From a virus, in the IMG/VR virus record IMGVR_UViG_3300049489_000283, positions 27,550 through 91,549 of that record: DNA of 64,000 nt; one strand, 5' to 3'. This document shows positions 48,548 through 58,132 of the stretch, in pieces. Numbering within the stretch: the stretch's first letter is position 1; every line of letters starts with the position of its first letter. A model generated the notes under the pieces. The model searched no databases, was not told where the DNA came from, and worked only from the letters and a program-made list of their open reading frames with translations. The position numbers and the translations under genes were made by a program.

Positions 48548-48817
48548 ATGGCATGGAAGCAGGCAGAGTTTGCGCTGGCGAGTCCGAAGAATCTTCAGGA
48601 GCACGTCAGCGCAAGCGGTAAGGACGATGGTTTTGAGCCGCAGAAGTGCTGTTCCCCGACGAGGCACGCGCCAGGGACTTGGGAGAAGGTGGAGGTTCTG
48701 GCTCAGAGGCTCAGGGATTGCCAGCCGCTGTGGCATGATTCGGACGCGAAGCTGGAGAGGCCGCTTACAGAGTACGACATCCTCACGGGTATGATCGGAA
48801 GGAGATACGGGAACTGA
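48548..48817 (+). CDS. Conserved hypothetical protein
   Basis: 'PT..APGT.EKVEVLAQR...PLWH..D'. Confidence 0.7.
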   Translation: MAWKQAEFALASPKNLQEHVSASGKDDGFEPQKCCSPTRHAPGTWEKVEVLAQRLRDCQPLWHDSDAKLERPLTEYDILTGMIGRRYGN

Positions 48818-49617
48818 TGGTCGAGATAGTTCACGGCGATTGCCGGGAAGTTCTGCGAGATTGGCTTGGGCGATTCGACTTTGGATTTTTTGATCCACCG
48901 TTTTGCATCGGCCAAAACTACGCGGGATACGTGGACAAGATGTCGGAGCCTGACTACCAGGAGTTCACTACCCAGTGGATTCTTGCTGCCTGGATGTCGC
49001 TCCGCCCCGGCGCCGCCATGGTGATTCACGGATCAATCAAGCTGCGGCCAGTGTTCTGGAGATCGATCATCGAGCTGGAACTCGATGAGCATTACGAGAC
49101 CGAGGTCGCGTGGCACTATCGGTTTGGTGTTTGTCATCGCGGCAACTGGATCGATGGACACTGCCCCGAGATCGTGCTTCGTCAGCCGGGCGAAAGGAAG
49201 TGGTACCCTGAAGCTGTGCTGGTCGAGTCGGATCGGGCGGCGGTTTATGGCGATCCAAGGGTGTTCGACCACGATCGCGGTGGGCGTCGTGTTCCGGGAA
49301 CTGTCTGGGGAGTCCCTTCGGATGGTCCGTTTTTTGGTCGTGTGCAAGGCACGAACAGAGAGCGAAGAAAGGCACATCCGAATCAGTTGCCGGAAAGATT
49401 GCTTGAGCGACACATCCTTGCTTACACGCTTCCTGGTGATTGCGTGGTGGATGGCTTTGGTGGATCTGGCACGACGGCAGTGGTTGCCGACGCGCTTGGT
49501 CGATCGTGCGTGACGATCGATTGTTCTGAGGAGTCTTGCGAGTCGGCTCGAAGAAGAGTCGAGAAGGGAGCCGTGAGAATTGTCGCTGAAACATCGGGAT
49601 CAAATTTGTGTGAGTGA
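48817..49617 (+). CDS. Amino-DNA methyltransferase (N6-A/N4-C, beta class)
   Basis: Motif IV 'DPPF' N-terminal; 'HPNQLP'; motif I 'VDGFGGSGTT' C-terminal. Confidence 0.9.
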   Translation: MVEIVHGDCREVLRDWLGRFDFGFFDPPFCIGQNYAGYVDKMSEPDYQEFTTQWILAAWMSLRPGAAMVIHGSIKLRPVFWRSIIELELDEHYETEVAWHYRFGVCHRGNWIDGHCPEIVLRQPGERKWYPEAVLVESDRAAVYGDPRVFDHDRGGRRVPGTVWGVPSDGPFFGRVQGTNRERRKAHPNQLPERLLERHILAYTLPGDCVVDGFGGSGTTAVVADALGRSCVTIDCSEESCESARRRVEKGAVRIVAETSGSNLCE

Positions 49618-49787
49618 CGCCGACGGGGATCAGCTCTGGATGTATGCCGAAGAGATGCTAAAAGACATCACTCGACTGGCTGAAGAGGGCCGGGCAGGTA
49701 CATACAAGGCAAGTGACCACTCGCTCGTCGCGTTCTGCGTGGCGCTCGTGGCACAGGAGGTGTTGGGACGTGTTTCGAGACGACTAC

Positions 49788-50396
49788 TTGAGGACGGAGA
49801 CGACTGAGGAGCCGCCTGACTTTGTTGGGCAAGGAGCTGGCAAGGAGTTCGAACGCTACACGTTCGAGCGTCTAATGAAGGAGGAGGAAAAAGGCAAAGG
49901 CTGCTGGGGCAGGTACGGCGTTCAGTGCGCGGTCATGGGGCGAAACCCAGACGGGACGGTGCTGGCCAGGGTGATCCCATCGCTACCTGACTTTGAGGGC
50001 GTGATCGGGCCAATGGGTCGTCAGGTCGTGTGGGACTGCAAAGTGTCGAGCCAGTCTTCGATGGACTTTGCGCCTTACAGGATGGAGACCAGGGGCAGTC
50101 GATCTCGACAGCTCAATCACTTGCTCTCTCGTTCCACGTCCGGGGCTCTGTGCGGGTTCCTGATCCACTGGAATTCCCGTGAGACATCCCGGTCCAAGCT
50201 CCCTGCTGAAACATTCTGGTTGCCGGTCCATTCGAGCATGAGGCTGTGGAAGGACTTCGACTCTGGGGTGGTGAAACGCATTGATCGCGGGATCTGCGAG
50301 GACCATGGCCACCGGGTTCCATGGAATCGTCGCGGGCAGGAAAGGAAGTCTCGCCCTGACGTTTTAGCTGTCTGGCGTCAGTCGGTGGTGAGTTGA
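49788..50396 (+). CDS. RecU-like Holliday junction resolvase / PD-(D/E)XK nuclease
   Basis: 'GKEFE', 'SLPDFEG...GRQVVWDCK', 'Q..HL...GALCGFLI'; start uncertain. Confidence 0.7.
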   Translation: MRTETTEEPPDFVGQGAGKEFERYTFERLMKEEEKGKGCWGRYGVQCAVMGRNPDGTVLARVIPSLPDFEGVIGPMGRQVVWDCKVSSQSSMDFAPYRMETRGSRSRQLNHLLSRSTSGALCGFLIHWNSRETSRSKLPAETFWLPVHSSMRLWKDFDSGVVKRIDRGICEDHGHRVPWNRRGQERKSRPDVLAVWRQSVVS

Positions 50397-50454
50397 ACGC
50401 GGCCTTCCGCTGCTGTCCAAATGACTGTTCATTGAGCGACCAGCGGAGCATCCA

Positions 50455-50769
50455 GTGAAAGAAACGAACAGCCTGATCGCAGGAGTCGAGTCGTTGCCGG
50501 ACGAACTCGGCTTCAACGAAAGCCGAACTTGGTGGCGTGTTCTTCGCGCTGAAGATCCAAAGAGGTTTGAAGACCTTGTCGGTTTGCTGAAGAACTGGCT
50601 TGCCGGTGGTGTTGTCAGGAAGAAGTTTCGTTCGCGCAACACGCTGTTTGCGTATCTCTCGGGAAAGGACAAGGAGCGACCCTTGAATCCTCCAGTGGTG
50701 AATTGCGAGAAGACCGGGTTCAACCAGTTTCTTCGCCAGCTCGCCAGCGATGAAATCGAACTGGAGTAG
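50455..50769 (+). CDS. Hypothetical protein
   Basis: 104-aa ORF coupled to the phosphoesterase gene. Confidence 0.6.
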   Translation: MKETNSLIAGVESLPDELGFNESRTWWRVLRAEDPKRFEDLVGLLKNWLAGGVVRKKFRSRNTLFAYLSGKDKERPLNPPVVNCEKTGFNQFLRQLASDEIELE

Positions 50770-50772
50770 ACG

Positions 50773-51816
50773 ATGGGCCTGATGGATTTGATTGGCGATC
50801 TCCCATCAGATGGGGAGATTGGCCTGGATTCTAAACTTCACGCTGCCGAGGGCGTGATCCGATCTCTTGAGGCAGACGTTCTCCGTCTCAAGAAAGTGAA
50901 TCAGCGGCTTCGTGAGTCCTTGGACACGATTGCCGCGATCGCTTCGCAGGACGTTGTTAGCAGTCGTCCGGTGAAAGACGATTCGTCGCCGACGACTGGC
51001 GTGATCCCAGTCGTGTTTTGGTCTGACTGGCATGTTGCCGAGAAGGTGGACAAGTCAAAGACCAATGGACGCAACGAGTTTAACCCAGAGGTCGCCGACG
51101 CTCGGGCTAAGGTGAACACCGAAAGTGTTCTCAAGCTGCTGAAGCTCATCCGACTGTCCTCGTCGGCTGATGAGATGGTGCTGATTCTCGGTGGCGACTT
51201 CATCACCGGGTACCTACATCCGGAGCTTGCGGAAACCAATTGCATGGGGCCGGTCGAGGAGGCTTATTTCGCGCAGTCGCTGCTTGAGCGAGAGCTGAAC
51301 ACCCTGATCTCGAACGCGGCACTGAAGAAAATCCGGATCGTCTACCACCGTGGTAACCATGGTCGCACGACCAAGAAGGTCCAGTACAAGAACGACTACG
51401 AGACCAGCTACGAAACCTGGATCGGGTGGAACCTACGTGATCGAGTCTCTGGAGATGGGGTCGAGTGGGTGATTCCCAAGTCGGATGTCCACTACACAGA
51501 GCTGATCAAGGATGTGTTCCTGAGAACCATCCACGGCCATCAGATCAAATATGCCGGAGGAATTGGCGGGATTGCGGTGCCTCTTAACCGCTGGGTCGCC
51601 AAGCAGGACCAGACTCAGACTGCGATCAGCACGCTTCTTGGTCACTTCCATACCTACACGCCAGCGGGCAGGTTCGCGATCAACGGATCACTCAAGGGCT
51701 GGGATGAGTTCGCTCAGAGCCTGGGTTTTCCGTTCGAGTATCCGTGCCAGATGATGCAGTTGTTCGACGTGGAGAGGGTTCAGATGACAGTCAGGTACCC
51801 GGTGTTCTGTGAGTAG
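50773..51816 (+). CDS. Calcineurin-like metallophosphoesterase with N-terminal coiled coil
   Basis: 'SDWH', 'GGDFITG', 'GNHG', 'HGH', 'GHFH'. Confidence 0.9.
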   Translation: MGLMDLIGDLPSDGEIGLDSKLHAAEGVIRSLEADVLRLKKVNQRLRESLDTIAAIASQDVVSSRPVKDDSSPTTGVIPVVFWSDWHVAEKVDKSKTNGRNEFNPEVADARAKVNTESVLKLLKLIRLSSSADEMVLILGGDFITGYLHPELAETNCMGPVEEAYFAQSLLERELNTLISNAALKKIRIVYHRGNHGRTTKKVQYKNDYETSYETWIGWNLRDRVSGDGVEWVIPKSDVHYTELIKDVFLRTIHGHQIKYAGGIGGIAVPLNRWVAKQDQTQTAISTLLGHFHTYTPAGRFAINGSLKGWDEFAQSLGFPFEYPCQMMQLFDVERVQMTVRYPVFCE

Positions 51817-51934
51817 TTGATTTTGGCCCCTGCTGTTTCGAGATTGCGTAGGTGGCGAGCCGGGACGGCCTGTGGCTTGGACCAAAATATCGTCGAGTCA
51901 GCCGTCCGGCTTGCCCAATATCGGAGATCCAGCG

Positions 51935-52474
51935 ATGCACTTGTTCGACATCATTGCGGAAGTGATTCGGATCTTCACGGATCTGATTCCGAGAATCTCC
52001 AGACGCCCGTGGTCCTACGAGTTCATGATCGTCGATTCGTTCCTGTTCGGGCCTCACATCTCCAGCCGACCGGTGGCGTTCATTCCGATTCTGGATCACG
52101 TCGAATACTGGCCTCGCCATGAGCAGCCGCTGGACGCAGACATTCAGACGTGCGTAACCGCCGACGGGGTGACGATCACGGTCAATCCTGAGTTCGCTTA
52201 TCGGGTCATCGATCCGCTGCTGGTTCGGGAGAACTGGGGGCCGACCTATGTGGCCAGGATCTGCATGGCGGTGCGTGGCGCCGTCGAGGAAATGCACGCC
52301 GGTCACAACTGGTCTCACGTCCAGTCGATGTCTCACGACGAAATCGTTGGCGACGTTCGCGCTGAGCTTTTGGAGGGTGGCGTCGATCTCTCCTACTTCT
52401 GCGTTGAAGAACGAGCGCCATCGCGAGCGCTGCGTCATTACGGCGTTCGGATGTCGTTTACCGACGCGGACTAG
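51935..52474 (+). CDS. SPFH / Band 7 domain protein
   Basis: 'IQTCVTADGVTITVN..FAYRVIDP', 'GVDL....VEE'. Confidence 0.8.
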   Translation: MHLFDIIAEVIRIFTDLIPRISRRPWSYEFMIVDSFLFGPHISSRPVAFIPILDHVEYWPRHEQPLDADIQTCVTADGVTITVNPEFAYRVIDPLLVRENWGPTYVARICMAVRGAVEEMHAGHNWSHVQSMSHDEIVGDVRAELLEGGVDLSYFCVEERAPSRALRHYGVRMSFTDAD

Positions 52475-52534
52475 AAATAGGACCGCCGGTCGCTAACGAT
52501 GCGATTGAAGCGAGAAAGATTCCCGGAGGCAGGT

Positions 52535-52981
52535 GTGGAAGAACTCAGTAAGAACAAGATGGCCCAGTTGGCCCTTGGCGTGTTCATGATCGCTGTAGCG
52601 GCCAAGCTGTGGATGTCGAGCTGGTTCTCGCTCCGGCTTGGCCTGTCGCCCCCTGCTGCCGGATTCTCTGGTCCGCTTGACCTGATCTCTGTGGCGATTG
52701 ACTCAGCCGCACTGGTTGGAATCACTGGGTTTGCTGTGCTCAAGCTGATCGCTTCATCGCTCGGCTGGTTTCGCGGGAGCGTGGCGTCGGTGGTGTCTTC
52801 GGCAACCGAGGAGCGTGAGATCGACCTGAAGAAGCTGGAGGAGCTGTTCGTTTCGATCGATCAGCGACTGTCTCGGCTGGAGTCTGCGCATCCTGAATTG
52901 CTTCCTCCAGTCCCGCCGACGGTCGAGGATCTTGTGAAGATCATTGAAGACCTGAAGCGACAGATCGGGGGATCGCGGTGA
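52535..52981 (+). CDS. Two-TM membrane protein with C-terminal coiled coil (holin-like?)
   Basis: Two hydrophobic helices and a charged tail. Confidence 0.55.
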   Translation: MEELSKNKMAQLALGVFMIAVAAKLWMSSWFSLRLGLSPPAAGFSGPLDLISVAIDSAALVGITGFAVLKLIASSLGWFRGSVASVVSSATEEREIDLKKLEELFVSIDQRLSRLESAHPELLPPVPPTVEDLVKIIEDLKRQIGGSR

Positions 52982-53460
52982 AGATCGACATCTTCAAAAC
53001 CAGAGAGATCGCAAAGGGGTCACCGTCTCCGGCGGCTGCGAGCGGTGGCGCTCCGTACTGGCTGTTGATCGCGGCGATCGGGGTGCTGCTGTACTTCCAG
53101 TTCCGCGACAAGATCCCGGACATCATTCCGGAGCCTGGGCCAGCGCCGATACCAATCGTTACGGAACGAGAGGCTGTGCTGCTGGCGATCACGAACACGA
53201 TGCCCGCTGAGCAGGGGCAGGTGGCGATGAGCCAGAAGGTCAAGGAGTTCTGCCGTGGCCAGGGTATCGATCTGCGGGTCTACGACGTGCGTGATGATCT
53301 CACGAAGGAAGACAAGCAGTGGCAAGACATGATGGCTGCGGCGAAGAGCGGGCCTCCGCCCGCGATGGTCACTGTTGACAAGAACAAGAGGGGTCGCGTG
53401 CGCAATATCCCAGCCACGATCGACGAGACGCTCAAGCTGATTGGAGAGCTGAAGAAGTGA
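52978..53460 (+). CDS. Membrane-anchored protein, possible thioredoxin-like fold
   Basis: Single TM, Pro-rich linker, alpha/beta domain. Confidence 0.55.
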   Translation: MKIDIFKTREIAKGSPSPAAASGGAPYWLLIAAIGVLLYFQFRDKIPDIIPEPGPAPIPIVTEREAVLLAITNTMPAEQGQVAMSQKVKEFCRGQGIDLRVYDVRDDLTKEDKQWQDMMAAAKSGPPPAMVTVDKNKRGRVRNIPATIDETLKLIGELKK

Positions 53461-54305
53461 GCTACGTCACCAACCTGGGAAGTGATCCCTTCATCATCGA
53501 CGACTCGAACTATCTGCGCCACGTCGCTGAGGTGACTGACCAGAGCCAGCCATTCTCGGGCGGTTTTGAGATTCGAGATTACTCTCGCTACGGCCTGGGA
53601 TTCTACGCGCCGAGATTCACCGGTGAGATCTTCCCGCGATCGAAGTGGGACGACCTGATCAAGATGCAGGAGGACAACCAAACGTCCCCGTGGCACATCC
53701 ATAAGCAGAATAACGCCCCGGTACTCGACCAGGACGGTTATGGGTACTGCTGGATGTACGGGACCGTTGCGGCGGTAATGAACCGCTACGGTGCGGCGAC
53801 TGGCGTGATCCCTCACCTGAGCGCCACTGGGCCAGCGTGGCAAGGAAAGAATGGGCGCAACGAGGGCGGTTGGGCTGGAGAAGCGATCGAGTACATCACG
53901 AAGTTCGGTATCCCCACGATCCAGACATGGCCAGAAGACGGATTCGATTGGCGGTACGCAAGGAATCATGAGCAGCAGCTCGACGCGAAGCGTCATAATG
54001 TCGTCGATTTCGAGGAGCTGCCGAGCCAGAACTTTGATGCGGCTGTTTCGTGTTTGCTGGACCCGGTGAATCCGTGTCCGGTGACGCTCGGTCTCGCTTG
54101 GTGGGGCCACCTGATCTGCGGTCTACGTGTCGTCAAGATTGACGGTCGGACCTATGGGATCGAAATCGTCAATTCATGGAAAAAGACCTGGGGCAACGAG
54201 GGCTACGCGGTGCTCGCTGAGAATAAGGCGACGGCACACGAATACATCGCCGTTCGTCGCGTCACTCCGAGGTCGATGGCTTCAACGGCGGCGTGGTATG
54301 GCTAA
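53457..54305 (+). CDS. Papain-like (C1 family) cysteine protease
   Basis: 'DQDGYGYCW' (Gln/Cys), 'WWGHL' (His), 'IVNSWKKTWGNEGY' (Asn). Confidence 0.9.
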   Translation: MSYVTNLGSDPFIIDDSNYLRHVAEVTDQSQPFSGGFEIRDYSRYGLGFYAPRFTGEIFPRSKWDDLIKMQEDNQTSPWHIHKQNNAPVLDQDGYGYCWMYGTVAAVMNRYGAATGVIPHLSATGPAWQGKNGRNEGGWAGEAIEYITKFGIPTIQTWPEDGFDWRYARNHEQQLDAKRHNVVDFEELPSQNFDAAVSCLLDPVNPCPVTLGLAWWGHLICGLRVVKIDGRTYGIEIVNSWKKTWGNEGYAVLAENKATAHEYIAVRRVTPRSMASTAAWYG

Positions 54306-54693
54306 GTTTTTTGAATCGATGGCGTGGTACATGGCCGGGTTCGCGACCATGTTTCTCTATGCCCAGTGGAAGACCCACCAACGAGAGGATGTGAGTCCTG
54401 TGAGCGGTTACGTGAACTACGATCGAGCTGTTGTTTCTGGTGACTTGCATCAGGCGACATCCAGCGGTCCTGGATTCCGGATGCAGTGGGGCCGCGTCCG
54501 AGACGTGGACTCCGAGGTGTCTATGTTGCTCGATGCGTGTCAGTCTCGGTTGAGCCATCTGCAATCGACATCGCTTGGTAGCGACACGAAGGCAAGGGCG
54601 CTGTTTGCGATCATGCAGGCTCTTGACCACCTGAACGGGACAAACGAGGTCACGTCTGGCGACATGGGCAGTTCTGCTCCGGAGGGTGAATAA
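54298..54693 (+). CDS. Membrane-anchored hypothetical protein
   Basis: N-terminal TM; overlaps the protease stop. Confidence 0.55.
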   Translation: MAKFFESMAWYMAGFATMFLYAQWKTHQREDVSPVSGYVNYDRAVVSGDLHQATSSGPGFRMQWGRVRDVDSEVSMLLDACQSRLSHLQSTSLGSDTKARALFAIMQALDHLNGTNEVTSGDMGSSAPEGE

Positions 54694-55591
54694 AGTGCTG
54701 ATTCGAGTTGTGTCTATGCTGGTGGTGTCACTTCCAGCTATTGCTTCTGCGCAGGTTGAGTTCGTTAACGAGCGTGTTATCGAGGCCGCCCCTTTTGTCG
54801 AGACCCCGGCGGTTGCCAAGCCGATGCCTCAGCAGGTGGTGATCCGGAAGTGGCGTGGCCAGGAGTGCCAATACTGCGACCTGTGGATTCAGATAGAGAA
54901 GCCGCGACTGGAGGCCGCTGGCGTCCAGGTTTTCGTGGATGATTCGCTTCCGCTTGACCAGCCAGCGCCGCAGGTTGCCGTCTTGTGGGATACCGGTGAG
55001 GTGCGGCGGGATCGGTACATGACATTCTTGGAGATCATCAATTCACGCAAGGAAGGCTCTCAGGCGGCGGTTACTCGGCAGCCGGATGTCCAGTTGGCGC
55101 CTCCGCAAAATGCTCCGGTGCTTTCGCAGAGGGTCGAGCAGGCGGTGAATCCCGTCGCTCCGGCTGGTCCTGGATACAGGCCGCAAGTGAACACTCAGGC
55201 AGGTAGCTCGATCGAGTCCAGGCTGGCTAACCTGGAAAGCCGGATGACGAGATCGGAGGGCAAGCTCACGACTGTTGAGGGCAGGCTCACGAAGGTTGAA
55301 GAGCAGGTCAAGGCAATCATCGCGTATCGGATGCCTACTGGTGAGGTCAGGGAAAGCACTGTCGAGATCGATTACGTGGCTGGCTATGGCGAGTTTGAGG
55401 TTCCCCCTGGTGGCCGCGTGGTGGCGATCAACGGGGTTCCGATCGAGCGAACATCGCAGGCGGTCAATGGCTTCCCTGTGTATTCATCGGGCGGTTATGA
55501 GACTTGGGTCGGTAGACCTCTTCCGGTCGGATACCAGGGGGCTACTTCCGTGGTCGTCCAGCCTTGTGCAAACGGACAATGCGGGTACTAA
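54686..55591 (+). CDS. Secreted protein with CxxC, coiled coil and C-terminal CANGQC
   Basis: Signal peptide ending ASA-Q; CQYC; heptads 'IESRLANLESRMTRSEGKLTTVEGRL'. Confidence 0.7.
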   Translation: MNKVLIRVVSMLVVSLPAIASAQVEFVNERVIEAAPFVETPAVAKPMPQQVVIRKWRGQECQYCDLWIQIEKPRLEAAGVQVFVDDSLPLDQPAPQVAVLWDTGEVRRDRYMTFLEIINSRKEGSQAAVTRQPDVQLAPPQNAPVLSQRVEQAVNPVAPAGPGYRPQVNTQAGSSIESRLANLESRMTRSEGKLTTVEGRLTKVEEQVKAIIAYRMPTGEVRESTVEIDYVAGYGEFEVPPGGRVVAINGVPIERTSQAVNGFPVYSSGGYETWVGRPLPVGYQGATSVVVQPCANGQCGY

Positions 55592-55594
55592 GCC

Positions 55595-56023
55595 ATGCGG
55601 ATTCTGTTCGTTGACGACTGCGCAAAGGAGCGAATGGAGGCAAGCGAGGAGCTGTCGGATCACGACATTGTGACCGTTTGCAGCATCCGCTCCGCTGTCG
55701 ATGTCGCCAGGGAGAAGCCATTTGACTTGGTGATGATCGATCTCCATGCTCCTCCGGCTTCCGTGGTTGATGCTGTCGAGCTGGTTCAGGCCGCTGGAGG
55801 CGCTAAGATGCTGATCGTGTCAGGTCTTCATCGTGGACTCGAAGGAGAGTCTTATTCCGAGATCGCCAGTTCGGTCGCAAAGGGGCAGCCAATCATGTCG
55901 GCGTCTGCAATCGAACGAATTAAGAAGGACGGGCGGCTAGAGGACCGAGCGAGAGCGCTCTATGTGGAAATAGTTGGTGACTTGCAGGACTGTAAGGACA
56001 TCTTGAGCTGTGACAGCAAGTGA
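55595..56023 (+). CDS. Stand-alone response-regulator receiver domain
   Basis: 'MRILFVDD', 'FDLVMIDL..P', 'LIVSG', conserved Lys. Confidence 0.85.
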   Translation: MRILFVDDCAKERMEASEELSDHDIVTVCSIRSAVDVAREKPFDLVMIDLHAPPASVVDAVELVQAAGGAKMLIVSGLHRGLEGESYSEIASSVAKGQPIMSASAIERIKKDGRLEDRARALYVEIVGDLQDCKDILSCDSK

Positions 56024-56032
56024 GCAATCCAG

Positions 56033-56512
56033 GTGCATTGGAACGATCTTGAGCGGCACGTTCGTTTTGGGTTTGCGGCCATCGACCGCACAACCGGGTT
56101 GATTATTCGATGCACGTCGTCGTTTGCTCGGATGGTCGGCGCCGACAAGCGGCTGCTGGTCGGGAAGAGCCTGTCGATGTATGCCTGTGATCCAGACCGT
56201 GGAGTTTTCTCTGAGTCGATCGACCGAGTTCGCTCCGGTGATGTTGAGTTCGCTTCATTCGGTGCTTGTTTTCAGGAGTGCCACTGCGCTATCGAAGTGA
56301 ACTCTCTCGAAGAATCGAATCAATTGTTCGTGGTGATCTGCCGCTCGGGCGATAAGGAGCGGGAAATGCTGGCTGGAAAGCTGGATGCACTGCGAGACAA
56401 GTTTATTGAGTTCGCCGAAACAGCGATCAAGCTCCGGCCTGGAGCGATCACGAATATCAGTGGTGGACAGAACGTGCTTGGTGAAAACTCAGGGGAGGTG
56501 AGTCGTGAGTGA
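56033..56512 (+). CDS. PAS-like protein with C-terminal NISGGQNVLG motif
   Basis: 'FAAID..TGLIIRC..SFARMVG...LLVGKSL'. Confidence 0.7.
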   Translation: MHWNDLERHVRFGFAAIDRTTGLIIRCTSSFARMVGADKRLLVGKSLSMYACDPDRGVFSESIDRVRSGDVEFASFGACFQECHCAIEVNSLEESNQLFVVICRSGDKEREMLAGKLDALRDKFIEFAETAIKLRPGAITNISGGQNVLGENSGEVSRE

Positions 56513-56909
56513 TTCTATGAATTTTGGTCCGATCAACATCAGCGGCGGACAGAACGTGGTTGGCAAGAATGAAGGGACGATGAATCAGTCGGTGGATGGA
56601 AAGCCGATCGATCTCGGGAAGCTGATGTCGGTCGTCGCTGAATCTCTGCCGAGCGATGTATCTGATGTGGTGATTCCGAAGATCCAGGGCATCGCCTCGC
56701 TTCCGACCGAGCAGCAGCAGCGTGAGATGGCATCCGGGTCGGCGTGGTCTTTTGTTCGCGATTCGATTGCCCCGCACGCTGAGACGATTGCCAGAAATCT
56801 GGCCATCTTTGGCGCAGCGGCTCTCAAGGCGCTATCCTCTTCAAATCCAGTCGTCGCTGGGATTCTTGCTGTCTGCGAAGCCAACGTGAAGCCATCGACT
56901 GGAAAGTAG
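56505..56909 (+). CDS. Small protein with N-terminal NISGGQNVVG motif and hydrophobic C-terminal helices
   Basis: Overlaps the PAS gene; C-terminal 'IARNLAIFGAAALKALSSSNPVVAGILAVCEA'. Confidence 0.7.
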   Translation: MSDSMNFGPINISGGQNVVGKNEGTMNQSVDGKPIDLGKLMSVVAESLPSDVSDVVIPKIQGIASLPTEQQQREMASGSAWSFVRDSIAPHAETIARNLAIFGAAALKALSSSNPVVAGILAVCEANVKPSTGK

Positions 56910-56947
56910 CTCGCTCGACACCTACGATCCGAGAGCGGCCTGTATGG

Positions 56948-57325
56948 ATGGATTCTCGGGTTGTGGGTTTATTTATGAGAGCAGAGTTTCGCCCCCGTCA
57001 CGGGGATATTCGGGTATTCACGGATGAGCAGAGGTACGGAGATCCGTATGTCTGGTGTTCTTCGATGCAGGTCTTTTCTGACGGAAAGTCTGCTGAGATT
57101 GGACCGTACGAGAAGAAGATTTCGCTGAGCGTCTGGAAGGCGTTGGTCAAGATGTGTGCTTCGATGGGTATCGAGAGGGTTCTTGCGGTCACTTATCCGC
57201 AGGGCGCTGGCGGACCCAGGAAGGAGCGGTGGATAACGATCCCGACGCTTGCCCAGCAGTTCTACAAAGACGACTTCAGCGACGAGATTGATAGAGAACG
57301 AGAGAGCGATCTGGAAGATGAGTGA
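56948..57325 (+). CDS. Hypothetical protein
   Basis: 125-aa ORF. Confidence 0.6.
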   Translation: MDSRVVGLFMRAEFRPRHGDIRVFTDEQRYGDPYVWCSSMQVFSDGKSAEIGPYEKKISLSVWKALVKMCASMGIERVLAVTYPQGAGGPRKERWITIPTLAQQFYKDDFSDEIDRERESDLEDE

Positions 57326-57497
57326 TCCTTTGGGTTTGATGGGGATCGTCCACTGGACGCCGTGGGAGGCGATCTTCTTCGTTTTCGCGGTCGTCGCTTC
57401 ATTGCGATGGGCCGACATGATTGGTGCGTTTGTGGATGACAGGATCAGCCGTGGGTACGAGTGGCTGTTCCGCAAGAACAACAGCAACGAAGAGTGA
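57318..57497 (+). CDS. Small single-TM protein
   Basis: Hydrophobic 'AIFFVFAVVASL'. Confidence 0.5.
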   Translation: MSDPLGLMGIVHWTPWEAIFFVFAVVASLRWADMIGAFVDDRISRGYEWLFRKNNSNEE

Positions 57498-57508
57498 AAG
57501 GATCAGGC

Positions 57509-58087
57509 ATGTCTCTGGATTACGTTTCCGATATTCAACCGCTTGAAGGCGCGGGCATGACCGATGCCCAGATTGCTGCCTACTTCGCGCACAAGACCGC
57601 CCACTCCGTGCTGTGCAGCGAAGCCAAGATCCTGCTGGAAGAATCGGGCCTCGTGTTTGAAGACCCGGTGACCCGCAATCGCGGCGGCGCGCTGATTAAC
57701 TACTACGTCAGTCTGCCGGACGGCGAACTGAAGCTGCTGCTCGGTTGGTTTATCTCTCACGTCTTCGGTCGTGGTGAAGTCATCACCACCGACACGCAAC
57801 CGAGAGCCTCTCAGGTCGTCGCTGCTGTCGCCAGTCTGCCTGGGCCGATGCAGGCCGTCGGCGGCGCCCTGATCGCTCTGGGAGGCGGCCAGCCCTACGG
57901 AACCCTCACTGCCGCCGATGTTGCCGCAATCCGGGCTGCCCATCTCGCTCTGGTCGCAGAGCCTTCCCGCCGCGCAGCGATCGACGCGCTTCGAGTGGAG
58001 ATCGAGAACACTTGGTTCAATCCGGCGATGGGTGACGGGGTCACTACCGCCGAAGAAGTCCGCGCCGCAATCAAAGCAGGGCTATAA
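57509..58087 (+). CDS. Hypothetical protein
   Basis: AAAGGA RBS; precedes the fibre-like genes. Confidence 0.65.
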   Translation: MSLDYVSDIQPLEGAGMTDAQIAAYFAHKTAHSVLCSEAKILLEESGLVFEDPVTRNRGGALINYYVSLPDGELKLLLGWFISHVFGRGEVITTDTQPRASQVVAAVASLPGPMQAVGGALIALGGGQPYGTLTAADVAAIRAAHLALVAEPSRRAAIDALRVEIENTWFNPAMGDGVTTAEEVRAAIKAGL

Positions 58088-58132
58088 CCCCGCTCTGTTT
58101 CCAGTTCCGCACCTTTGAAAAGATCTCGCTAG

